NCBI GenBank assembly: GCA_951406725.2 | Contig: OX597838.1 | Coordinates: forward strand, 38,626,001 to 38,690,000 | Reading direction: 5' to 3' | Length of the DNA: 64,000 bases | Source of the DNA: Octopus vulgaris | Taxonomy: Eukaryota | Shown here: piece by piece, positions 53,250 through 64,000 of the stretch | How the letters are laid out: the number at the start of each line of letters is the position of its first letter | Numbering within the stretch: the first letter of the stretch is position 1 | Translations under genes and position numbers: made by a program | Notes under the pieces: generated by a model | The model's database searches: none | What the model was told of the DNA's origin: nothing | The model's input: only the letters and a program-made list of their open reading frames with translations

Positions 53250-54582
53250 ATTTGAATCTAGAAAAGGTGAACGGTAGCCTATGAATACAAAAGAAGCTTT
53301 TCTCATTAATGTTATTAATAATTTGCCGACCCGCTTTAATAATGAAGAAAATTTCATTAATACATAGAGAGCATTTTTTATTTTTTCCATTATACACAGG
53401 TGCTGAAGTTAGTATTTTCCAGTTTAATCTAAAATCTAAGTTCTTACTTTTAAGTTCCCAAATATATGCACTTAGCCCTGTAGAGTACATTCTATTTTTA
53501 TTCCTAAAAGTATATCTATGATAATTCCATCTTTGTTTTATGCTATTCATAGTTGCCCCGATATACACTCTACTACTCAATTGTGTATCTACAGTGCATT
53601 GGTAAACTACCTCCTTCCTGAGGCATTGATTACCAAATACACATTTATTTTTATTTCTGCAATTACAAAGATTAACAGAATGAGGAAATCTAAGATTGGA
53701 CACCACCCCTGTACTACTATTCACATTATAAGTGTTACAATTGTTATCATCATCCAAACCCAAAATCAACGAATGAGTTAATTCCACATTATCGGCTATA
53801 TTCCTATCACTAGTACTAGTATTGGTAGTAGTGGTATGATCTAATACATTTATATTATCTCTGACAGGTATGGTGCACTCATTATTAGTAAGGAGGTTGC
53901 TCCCATTTGTTCCAAGAAAATTTCTATTCCTATTATTAATGAAGAGGGGCAAGTTTTCCTGGTCTAAATTCAATTTTCTATCCTTATAGAAGTGATCTAG
54001 TTTCTTGTTATTAAAAGAGGAGATGATGGTGGCTAGATTATGAGTAATGCTATATCCCACTCTAACAGTACCGTTGTTAATTAAAGGACTAAATTTATTC
54101 CTATCCTTACCAAAATGCCTAAAAATAATATTATGCAAAGCTCTCACTATGTTTGTTTTAATCTGCATTGCATACGGGATAATCAACCAAAGAGTATCCT
54201 TATCAGAATTAGGATTGCCTATAGAATTAATGTTATTTGTAAAAATCCTATTCGTAGACCAACTCATAGGATTACTATTCTTACCACTGTCATTGTTATG
54301 TCTATCTATATCAATATTACCATGGTTATTGCGCAAGTAAACTTTACCATTATCATGTCTACCATAAGTTTTAATTCGTATATTATTATTAATATTACTA
54401 CTACTACTCGTATGTTTAGATCTATTTGAGCTACCGTTCACCTTTCCAAGGTTAACGTCACTTCTACATTTATTATAGGTGTTATCATATATTCTGTTTT
54501 TACTATTCTTATGTATATTGTTGATTATCCTAAATCTATTTGTGTTGTTCTTGATAGTTCTACCTCCATTAGGGGGTTCCCC
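53248..54582 (-). CDS. PLE RT thumb/linker + GIY-YIG endonuclease (C-terminal part of the same ORF, -1 frame)
   Basis: This frame is open from 54582 (upstream of the annotated GTG) to TAG at 53248-53250. Motifs: CNCRNKNKCVFGNQCL zinc knuckle, VVYQ...VYIG, KQRWNYH, LSAYIWELK, CSLCINE, terminal CIH. Confidence 0.9.
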   Translation of the reverse strand, partial: GEPPNGGRTIKNNTNRFRIINNIHKNSKNRIYDNTYNKCRSDVNLGKVNGSSNRSKHTSSSSNINNNIRIKTYGRHDNGKVYLRNNHGNIDIDRHNNDSGKNSNPMSWSTNRIFTNNINSIGNPNSDKDTLWLIIPYAMQIKTNIVRALHNIIFRHFGKDRNKFSPLINNGTVRVGYSITHNLATIISSFNNKKLDHFYKDRKLNLDQENLPLFINNRNRNFLGTNGSNLLTNNECTIPVRDNINVLDHTTTTNTSTSDRNIADNVELTHSLILGLDDDNNCNTYNVNSSTGVVSNLRFPHSVNLCNCRNKNKCVFGNQCLRKEVVYQCTVDTQLSSRVYIGATMNSIKQRWNYHRYTFRNKNRMYSTGLSAYIWELKSKNLDFRLNWKILTSAPVYNGKNKKCSLCINEIFFIIKAGRQIINNINEKSFFCIHRLPFTFSRFK

Positions 54583-56090
54583 TTAGGTATAAACCAAATC
54601 TTACTTTTATATCCTGCCTTAAGTAATGCTGCATTGTATCTATCACAGTGTTTGTTAAAAATTTCCTCGTTTGAGGATAAACTAGAAATTCTTTGACTAA
54701 TGCTACGCACTAGTGCATTTTTAATTTGAGGGGGGTGATTACTAGAACGGTTAATGTATATTAGGTTAGAATTAGGTTTAATATAGGGTTCATGTAAACC
54801 ATTAGTAATGTTACAATTAACATCTAAATAATTAGCAGAATAATTTTCACTTTCAATGATAATGGATAAGCCGAAGCTTTTAAAAAATTTGTTTATTCTT
54901 TTTTTCAGAAGATCTAATCTCCTATTTGATGTATTCCTAACACAAAATAAGGCGTCATCCCTGTATAATCCGCCTTTTAATTCAGGGAATTCCCTACTAA
55001 AGTTATCCAATAGATACATCCCAACTAGATCAGTCACCTCCGCTGAGTCCGGCGATCCCATTGTGATATCGAACAAGTTGGGTGTGTCCTTTCTAGCCCA
55101 AAGTTTATTATCAAACTCTATTAAAGTTTTCCTGGCTGTTAGTATAACCTTAATCTCCCCCATACTTAATTTAGTGTGTTTTCTAGCAAAAATTAAGGAC
55201 TTATTTAATATAATAGGGTTAATTGAAGTGTAATAATTCTGTATATCGAATTGTATAAATTTATTTCTATTATAGCTAAAGTTGTTACTGTCACAGACCT
55301 TAATGGCAGAAAACCAATCCAAAGCACCCTGAGTATTCTTCCAAAGGTTTAGTTTGATTTTATTGCGGATGGTGGGTAGATATTTATCTAGAATGAGTTT
55401 ACTTAGTCTGCCTAAGTCAGATTTAGTGGGGCAAATTAATCTGACCTGTGTGTTTCCAAGAAAATTCTCTTTATGATCCTTTAGTGTAATTCTCGGTCTG
55501 GATGGGGTGTAGGGTTCCGTTTTTTCTTCTAGGTAGTAGTCAAATATGATTTCTCTGATCTCCAGGTTCAGCTTTCTAAGTGTACTAGAAGGTACTACTT
55601 TGTATTTCTTGGTTATTTCCTTGTGAAGAAGATCATGATATGCAGTAATGTCAATGTTGTAGATGTTGTTAGTTTTGTCAGAATGTGTTAGAATGCCACT
55701 CTTACCTTTGAGAGTTCTAATTAAGTCTTTCAATTCTCTTTGGTGCGGGTTATATCTTAAAGGATGATTTCTAAATTTTATGTTTTTTACAGTCTCCCAT
55801 AGTTCTTGTTCAAAATTGTCTAGATGTATATTTGGTGGAGGAGACTTTCTAGATTTAAATGTAGTGCTTGTTAGTTTTAATATTTCTTCATAGGTGCTTC
55901 CAATTCCATTACGGATCGTTTCTCCAGTGTGTTGTTGGTTTATTTTACTATTATAGTTCTCATGGTGGAAAATCCTCCATCTGATCCTATGGATGAATTC
56001 ATTCATTCTATAAATTAGTTCTTTAGTGTAATGGTCTTTGGTAGGGATAGGTACATCCTTCATTGATGAATTGATCAGTATTTTCTCCAT
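54525..56090 (-). CDS. PLE reverse transcriptase (N-terminal part of a frameshifted ORF)
   Basis: First ATG is at 56090. Motifs SMKDVPIP, IHRIRW, DKTNNIY, ITLKDHKENF...RLICPTKSDLG, FDIQNYYTSI, MGSPDSAEVTDLVG, GLYRDDAL, YLDV, YINRSSNHPP are typical of PLE/Naiad RT. Confidence 0.93.
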   Translation of the reverse strand: MEKILINSSMKDVPIPTKDHYTKELIYRMNEFIHRIRWRIFHHENYNSKINQQHTGETIRNGIGSTYEEILKLTSTTFKSRKSPPPNIHLDNFEQELWETVKNIKFRNHPLRYNPHQRELKDLIRTLKGKSGILTHSDKTNNIYNIDITAYHDLLHKEITKKYKVVPSSTLRKLNLEIREIIFDYYLEEKTEPYTPSRPRITLKDHKENFLGNTQVRLICPTKSDLGRLSKLILDKYLPTIRNKIKLNLWKNTQGALDWFSAIKVCDSNNFSYNRNKFIQFDIQNYYTSINPIILNKSLIFARKHTKLSMGEIKVILTARKTLIEFDNKLWARKDTPNLFDITMGSPDSAEVTDLVGMYLLDNFSREFPELKGGLYRDDALFCVRNTSNRRLDLLKKRINKFFKSFGLSIIIESENYSANYLDVNCNITNGLHEPYIKPNSNLIYINRSSNHPPQIKNALVRSISQRISSLSSNEEIFNKHCDRYNAALLKAGYKSKIWFIPKGNPLMEVELSRTTQIDLG

Positions 56091-56230
56091 TCTTCTAGCA
56101 GTAATGATCAAAGGAACAAATATACTACACTAGGGTGTATTCACATGCACTATTAATATTTAAATCAATAAATGGATGCTTATATTACACCAGTATGAGC
56201 AATTCAGGTTCCTCAAAAGATAAATTTAGG

Positions 56231-57069
56231 TTATAAAATGAGATAGGGGTTGAAAATTCAACCCACCATGGGATAATATATATCCAATATACTGCTAGAT
56301 AGGTACCCAACAAAAATTAATACATAGATGTTAGAAATTGTCAAGCAATCAGTTCATCTATTGTATTAAATGGGTAAGGGTAATAATATTACCGTAAATT
56401 AATACTACAAAATTAGAGAATGGAGAAACATACTTAAATCAATAAAGCATCAACTATCCGATGATACTCAATCCATACTTTAATACACCATTACATAGGA
56501 GTAAAGGCAATATATAAAATGAAATGAGATATACAGTAATAGTAAAAGTAAAAGTAAAAGTAAAAAGATAAAGAGATATAAGTAAAAAATTACAAATACA
56601 ATATGCAAATAAATCAAAACTGACAGCTGTTTCGGCAGTGAGGACAGTCATACCTCATTTAACCTATAAGCCATAAAGGCAGGTATAAATGAGGCATTAA
56701 CAAAGATGCCCCACGGCCTCTTCAGAGAATTAAATTAAATTTGTTATAATAGTGAAAAATATTATATAATCATATACATATAAATATAAAAATATAAAAA
56801 AGTAAAATATAAAAACTTATACATCATAATGCTACACTTGTATAATATAATACATATTTGTACAAAAAGGAAGGTAACCAGAACAAAATAAAACAAAATA
56901 TATAACAGTGTATATATAATATTAATAAGTACCGATATCATACATATTTAGCTAATAGTTTTTTTTATAAAAAAAGGGGCTAACACATATGGAGATGAAA
57001 AATAATAATAATTAAATCCGTGGTACAGTTCATAAAATTCTAAAGCTATAAAAGTTAATAAAAATTACT

Positions 57070-57109
<40 letters not shown>

Positions 57110-58844
57110 GTAATAATAATAAAAAATAATAAAAATAGATACAGTTAAGTTATCACCAAGTCCATCCTTCCAAGATCGAAATAACTATGAGTTAAGAAAT
57201 GCTGACCACTAGGTAAAGAAAATTTAGATTAATTCGATTGGCTATTGGTTTGAAATTTAAATCACAAAAGAAAATTATACGGTTGGTTAGTCAGGGAACG
57301 CCAATATTCACACACGCATCTACAGATCAATCGCACATACACACATAGTTATATGTATATACATACACTTGTACATATACATAATCATAAGCAACAACTA
57401 ACACTTAGATAAACAAATAGGGAAGCAACCATGCTAACACTAAGTCCTTCAAAATTATAACTGAGCCTCAATAACAAAAAAAGAACCATCCATGCATTCT
57501 ATAAAATATTTAATTAAGATATAAATGTAATTTTAAATATCAGTATGTTACTAATTCAGATAATTATTTCATGGGTAACTTAAAATTTGTAACACCGGTT
57601 TGTTGCAGAGTAAACATACGGTTGTTAGATTTATCGTAAGTTTGTTATGATTTAAAGTACGCTAAATTATAAAATATAAAATATAAAATATATTAATTTA
57701 GATATTATAAATAAGTCACTTATTAACTTAATAAATATAGTGCCAAAATATATCAGTTTAGGCAATAAAAAATAGAGGGGGAAGTATTAATGTAAACGCT
57801 TATGAGAACATCACAGAAATTTTAAATAAATTTTATATTATAAAGACTTAATATGAAAAGAGATAAAATAAATAAAAAGGAATAAATACGAAGGAATAAA
57901 TACGGTTATACACATAATTATAAGTACAAACTAGTATATATGTATTCATATATTATTAAAATAAATAAAAATAAATGATAGATATGTATGTATAAAACTA
58001 CACCAGTATAAGTAAATAAGTAAAGAATAAATAGGTAACAAATTAAATGACTTGATATGTATGTAAACATCCACACTTAAATAGGCAAATAAATAAATAA
58101 ATAGAAGACTAGATGCAAATATTGATAATATTACAATAAAATGGGAAATAAATAAAAATAAATAAAGTGAATATATATATTTTATTTTATATTGTTGAAA
58201 GTAAATATGTATGGAAGGATAGTTTAAAGTACAGATCCAGAGGACTATAGATATAAACTAAATATATGAGGCTGGTAACAATTATAAAGCAAAATGCATG
58301 TAAATGAGAAAATGAAAAAAATGAAAAAGGTTTATCAGTGAATAACATAAGATACAAATTAAGGTGAGTACAAAAAGACCAAATATATAATAAAAACCTT
58401 CCAAATCAGCACATACAAAAAACCCATAATCTCAACCTAAACCCACCAAACTCACAAAAGGCTCTCATATATTACATATTATACAATATCATTACATTAT
58501 CCAGAGCTAGGTATCTAACCAAGATATACATATATACTTTGCAATATACTATGCAATATTGGAAAACTTCAAAAATCACACATTACAAGGCAAATAACAA
58601 AATGAATATGTTATTTTATGTCATATTGCATTTCTCTTAAAAAAAACAAACAAAAACCCACATACAAAAACCAAGAAACCAATAATACTAGACACATCCA
58701 ATTAGTTATTATACAAATGTAGCTATAAAAATTATAAAATTATGAAATTTATAAAATGTATACTTTAGAATTATAGAAGACCACAGGTATATTTAGTTAA
58801 AGAAGGGAATTAAAAAATTGATAATAGTGGAAGTGCTAAGTTCT
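56231..58844 (-). repeat. 5' pseudo-LTR (tandem copy)
   Basis: Starts ttataaaatgagataggggttg like 50637 and ends agtggaagtgctaagttct like 53249. Offset is 5594-5595 bp. Confidence 0.95.
56616..56729 (-). ncRNA. Type I hammerhead ribozyme (pLTR copy 2)
   Basis: Identical to 51022-51135. Confidence 0.8.
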
Positions 58845-58916
58845 GGATTGAGTATCATCGGATAGTTGATGCTTTATTGATTTAAGTATGTTTCTCCATT
58901 CTCTAATTTTGTAGTA
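58845..58916 (+). repeat. Inverted pLTR fragment at PLE 5' end
   Basis: Exact reverse complement of 50809-50880 / 56403-56474. Confidence 0.92.
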
Positions 58917-58920
58917 TATA

Positions 58921-58986
<66 letters not shown>

Positions 58987-59481
58987 TATACGTATATAGA
59001 GAGAGAGCAAGGAGGTGAGAATTAAAGTAGAGATGGCGGAGTTGAGAGGGGGGCGTTGGGTTTGGGTATGGAACGAAGACAAAGATGGAGTAGCGGTGAG
59101 ATGGATTTCATGATTGATGGAGTATCGAGTATGGGAGAAGAAGACGGGGACGGCAGTGAGGGCGGGGGAGGGGGGAGGAGGGGGAAGAGGGGGAAGGGGA
59201 GGGGGAGGGGAGGAGGAGGAGGAGAAAGAAGAAGAAGAAGAAGAACAACAACAACAACAACAACAACGACAATAAGAGAAGGAAGGCGATATGGAAGTTG
59301 GATTAGAAAAGCAGAGGAATGAATGGAAGAGAAAAGATGGATGGACCGTAATAATTATGTATATACGTATATATGTGTTTGTGTGTGTGTGTGTGTGTGT
59401 ATGTATGTTTATAAATATATGTATATACGCATGCGTATATATGTATGTATGTATATGTATGGATAGATGAACGTATGCATG

Positions 59482-59515
<34 letters not shown>

Positions 59516-59644
59516 TACATACATACACCCATCCATACATAATAATAATAATTATTATTATTATTATTATGTATGGATGGGTGTACAGGGAGAAAATGAG
59601 AGTGGGTAAGGAAGCTAGAGAATCATTGAACTGGTTGAGAGAAC

Positions 59645-60102
59645 AGAAGAGGAAGAAGAAGAAGAAGAAGAAGAAGAAGAAGAAGAAGAAGAAGAAGACG
59701 AAGAAAGAAGAAGACGAAGAAGAAGAAGAAGAAGAAGAAGAAGAAGAAGAAGAAGAAGAAGAAGAAGAAGAAGAAGAAGAAGAAGAAGACGAAGAAGAAG
59801 AAGACGAAGAAAGAAGAAGAAAGAAGAAAAAGACGAAGAAGAAGAAGAAGAGAAGAAGAAGACGAAGAAAGAAGAAAGAAGAAAAAGACGAAGAAGAAGA
59901 AGAAGAAGAAGAAGAAGAAGAAGAAGAAGAAGAAGAAGAAGGAGAAGGAGAAAGAAGAAGAAAAAGACGAAGAAGAAGAAGAAGAAGAAGAAGAGAAGAA
60001 GAAGAAGAAGAAGAAGAAGAAGAAGAAGACGAAGAAAGAAGAAAGAAGAAAAAGAAGAAGAAGAAGAAGAAGAAGAAGAAGAAGAAGAAGAAAGAGAAGA
60101 AG
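59645..60102. repeat. (GAA)n microsatellite block
   Basis: Direct inspection. Confidence 0.95.
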
Positions 60103-60767
60103 ATTATGTGAGAGGTGTGTTGTAATTAGAAAATAGTTTGAAGTGGGTTAGAGAGAGAGAGAGAGTGAGAGAGACAGGCAGACTGGCAGACAGACAGATA
60201 TAGAAAGAGAGATGGTGGATAGAAGATGGGGAGAAGATGCTGAAGGTGGGCTGGAGGAAACGTTCTGAAGAGGATTTGTATGGAGTTTGGACCTGAGCAA
60301 GATTAAAATTGTGTTTGTAATTGAATATGACAAGTGTGAGAGGATAGGATAGGCAAGAGAGAGAGAGAGAGAGGAGAGAGGACGAAGGAGGAGGAGGAGG
60401 AAGAAGACGAGAAAAAATGGATGGATGGATGGAGTGAGCGGGGACCGTGAGAAGAGCGTAGTGGGTGGCTGGAAGGAGAAGCAAGACGGAAGGATCGTTG
60501 TAATGCAAATGGTTGGGAGAGTGTTGGGTGTTAGATAGAGGGATATGAGGAAAATGTTCAAGGTAAAGAAAGGAAGGGGGGGTGATTTAAAAAAAAATGA
60601 TTTAATGCTTGGCTATCGTCGAATGTCATGTCTGGTGTCCACTTTTTAATCTTTTTTCTTTTTTTTTTTACAAAAGCCGGAGCCTACGAAGCTATCCAAA
60701 ATCATAATGCCGTCGACGTGAATGCAGCATCACCAGCAGCAGCAGCAACAACAGTAGTAGTAGTAGC

Positions 60768-60820
<53 letters not shown>

Positions 60821-60879
60821 AATAAGAAGAAAACATCGTCGTCATCATTGTCGTCATCGTCATTGTCGTCGTTGTCTTA

Positions 60880-60910
<31 letters not shown>

Positions 60911-61324
60911 TCATAGTAGTAGTAGTAGTAATAGTAGTAGTAGTAGTAATAGTAGTAGTAGTAGTAGCAGCAGTAGTAGTAGTAGCAGTAGTAGCAGCAG
61001 AATCAGCAGCAGCAGTATGTTTCTGCAGGAATTTTTAGCCATTTATTCATGACGTGTGTTTTAATGTGCCTGTCTTTTGTTTTTTTTCACGGTGCCTCCA
61101 TATTCGTGGCTTGTGTTTCCAGCATCCACACGGTGGATATTCCATGAAAGACCTTCCGGTTGTCAATCCACGTCACTCACAGCAATCTACTTCTTCCTTC
61201 ATTAGTCTTCCAACATAGATTTATCGACCAGTAAGCTGAGCTCTATAGACCTCTGTAAGTTAGGATGTACTGTTTCCAAACCTAAGTTCCATATTGTCGG
61301 TTACCTGCTTTCTATGGCGTATAA

Positions 61325-61800
61325 GTGACCGAGATCACAACACTTCCCCTGGATGGGACTCCAGTCCTTCGTAGACCGAAGCAACGTGAAATGTAGTGTT
61401 TTGTTCAAGAACGCAGAGCACTTCCCGGTCCGGGAATCGAAACGACGAACTTGCGATCATCAGTCACCTTAACCATTAGGCCACACGCCTTCACATAGAC
61501 GAATGTCCCTTTGCAATATTTCCTCTGGTCTTCCGAAAACAGGGTTCTATTATAGTTAAGGCTTTATAGGCTGTAGAAATGAAGGACCGAGATCACAGCA
61601 TTTCCCCTGAATGGGGCCCCGGACCATTGCGGGGCTACTGAGTGAACTGGAGCAACGAGAATCGAAATGACGAACTTGCAATCGTCAGTCACCTTAACCA
61701 CTAGGCCACACGCCTTCATACAGACCTATGTGCCTTTGCAGGAGTTCCCTTGATTTTCCTAAAAAGAAACAGGTGGGGTTCTATTGTAGTCAAGGGTTCA
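61325..61800 (-). mobile_element. Two tandem diverged SINE family D-like copies
   Basis: gaccgagatcaca...accttaacca.taggccacacgccttca is repeated at ~61327-61495 and ~61585-61720. Confidence 0.55.
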
Positions 61801-61992
61801 GAGACTGCAAAAATATAAGTTATGGTTTTCTAGTTTTCAGATTCTTGTTTAGTCTTGATTTCGGTTCAGCTACTTCTTTTGTCGCCATATTTCTATGATA
61901 TTCCTTTCATTTTCTTCATTCTTTCGGAATTCGTTTCTTCTGCTTACTGATTTCGTTATGGTTTGAGATATATTTTCTTTTATTTAAATCTC

Positions 61993-63140
61993 AAGGCGGC
62001 GAGCTGGCAGACTCGTTAGCACGCCGGGCGAAATGCTTAGCAGTATTTCGTCTGCCGCTACTTTCTGAGTTCAAATTCCGCCGAGGTCGACATTGCCTTT
62101 CATCCTTTCGGGGTCGATTAAATAAGTACCAGTTAAGCACTGGGGTCGATATAATCGACTTAATCCGTTTGTCTGTCCTTGTTTGTTCCCTCTGTGTTTA
62201 GCCCCTTGTTGGTAGTAAAGAAATAGGTATTTCGTCTGTCTTTATGTTTTCAGTTCATATCCCACCGAGGTCGACTTTGCCTTTCATCCTTTTGGGATCG
62301 ATAAATTAAATACCAGTCGATCTAATCGACTGCCCCCCTCCCCAATAATTTCGGGCTTTGTGCCTACAGTAGAATAAGAATATTTAAGGTGGCGAGCTAG
62401 CAAAAACGTTAACACGGCGGACGAAATACTTAGCGGCATTTCGTATGTCTTTGCGTTCTGAGTTCAAATTCTGCCGAAGTCGACTTTGCCTTTCATCCTT
62501 TCGGGCTCGATAAATTAAGTACCAGTTGCGTACTGGAGTCGATCTAATTGACAGGTCCCATCCCCTAAAATTTCGGGCCTTGTGCCTAGGATAGAAAAGA
62601 AATCCTGCCGAGGTCGACATTGCCTTTCATAATTTCGAGGTCGACAAATTAAGTACCAATTGCGAACTAGGTTCGATCTAATCGACTGGACCTTTCCACC
62701 AAAATTTCGGGCCTTGTGCCAAGAATAGAAAAGAATATTTAAGGCGGTGAGCCGGCAGAAACGTTAGCGCGCCGGGCGAAATCCTTAGTAGTATTTCGTC
62801 TGTCTTTGCTTTCTGTGTTCAAATTCCGCCGAGGTCGACTTTGCCTTTCGTCCTTTCGAAGTCGTCAAATTAAGAACCAATTGCGTACTGATCTAAATTT
62901 CTTTCCAAAAATTTCAGGCCTTGTGCCTAGAGCAAAAAATAGTCGAAGCACGCTGGACAAAATGCTTAGCGGTATTTCGTCCATCTTTACGTTCGGAATT
63001 CAAATTACGTTGTGGTAGACTTTACCTTTTCATCCTTCGAGGTGGATGATATAAGTACCAGCTGCCTACTGGGGTTGATGTAGTCGACTATCCCTCCTCC
63101 CTCCCCCAAAAATTTCAGGCCTTGCGCTTATTGTCGAAAG
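61993..63140 (+). mobile_element. Cluster of ~6 head-to-tail SINE family B units
   Basis: Heads at 61993, 62387 and 62742, with partial units at 62225, 62600 and 62945. Confidence 0.88.
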
Positions 63141-63242
63141 GATTATCATTCTTATTATAATTGTTGTTGTTGTTGTTATGCTTTTAACTATTTCATGCGA
63201 GAGCCTCCTTCATCGCTAAATGCTTCTCTTTGTTTCTGAAAT

Positions 63243-63304
<62 letters not shown>

Positions 63305-63548
63305 TGTGTGTGTGTGTAAGTGTGGCATTGTGTTTCGGGAGCGTCAGACAGTATTTGTATGTTTTTCTTACGTTGTTCTGTTTGTTTCTCTCTTGGTTAC
63401 TTAAGTGTCCGTTTCTTTGTTTTGGCGTCTAAGAGTGTGGTGCGAGTTGTGTAATTTCGTTGCTTCTTCTTTGAATTGTTTCTCTTCTATAATATGATAC
63501 AGCGCCGGGTGGCGATTATTGTTGCGTGTAGTCTATGTGCTGTGTGAG

Positions 63549-63628
<80 letters not shown>

Positions 63629-63674
63629 GCTATTATTATTACCGTTATTATTATATTATTATTAATATCATCAT

Positions 63675-63715
<41 letters not shown>

Positions 63716-64000
63716 TCACTGCATCGACTACTATTTTCCATTCTTAATATTGTTGTTGTTGTTGAGACTACTGTTGCTGCTACTGCCCCTATCTTGTTAA
63801 TTATTATAAAATACCTGAGAAATTATTTTTATTGTTGTTGGTTGTTATTGTTGTTGTTGTTGTTGTTGTTGTTGTTACTGTGGTTGTTGTTGTTGTTGTT
63901 GCTGTTGTTACTGCTATGTCATCACTGTCAGCAGCATAATCAACATTATAGATACGTCAGCATCAACATCATCATCATCATCGTCGACTTCATAATCATC

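Larger units (their letters stand above)
50637..58916 (-). mobile_element. Penelope-like retroelement (Naiad-type), near full length: inverted fragment + pLTR + ORF + pLTR, inserted in (TA)n
   Basis: RT and GIY-YIG ORFs lie between two ~2.6 kb direct repeats that each contain a hammerhead motif. A 72-bp inverted pLTR piece sits at the 5' end, and TA microsatellite flanks both sides. Confidence 0.93.

Noticed and set aside
53248-56111. Selenocysteine (UGA) read-through as reported for some Naiad PLEs
   Set aside because: The RT ORF ends in TAA, the downstream ORF is in a different frame, and the zinc-binding positions are normal Cys codons.
50637-58844. LTR retrotransposon interpretation of the 2.6-kb direct repeats
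   Set aside because: No TG...CA termini and no gag, protease or integrase. The RT and GIY-YIG domains are PLE-type.

Overview
Eukaryotic, repeat-saturated intergenic or intronic DNA. The SINE repertoire and microsatellite load strongly resemble an octopus or other cephalopod genome (inference). No host gene can be supported: nearly every ORF in the track is translated microsatellite or SINE. The dominant feature is a young, essentially complete Penelope-like retroelement of the Naiad type (50637-58916, minus strand) inserted in (TA)n. It carries an RT + GIY-YIG ORF broken by one -1 frameshift, two near-identical 2.6-kb direct pseudo-LTRs each with a hammerhead ribozyme bearing a very long stem II, and a short inverted 5' fragment. 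Both-strand reading also shows about a dozen more hammerhead motifs in short, sequence-unrelated elements, mostly inside microsatellites. Other contents are three tRNA-derived SINE families (one forming fixed-junction multimers), R4/Dong-like and RTE LINE remnants, mariner/hAT/Helitron non-autonomous elements, a degenerate tandem tRNA array, and several long foldbacks.
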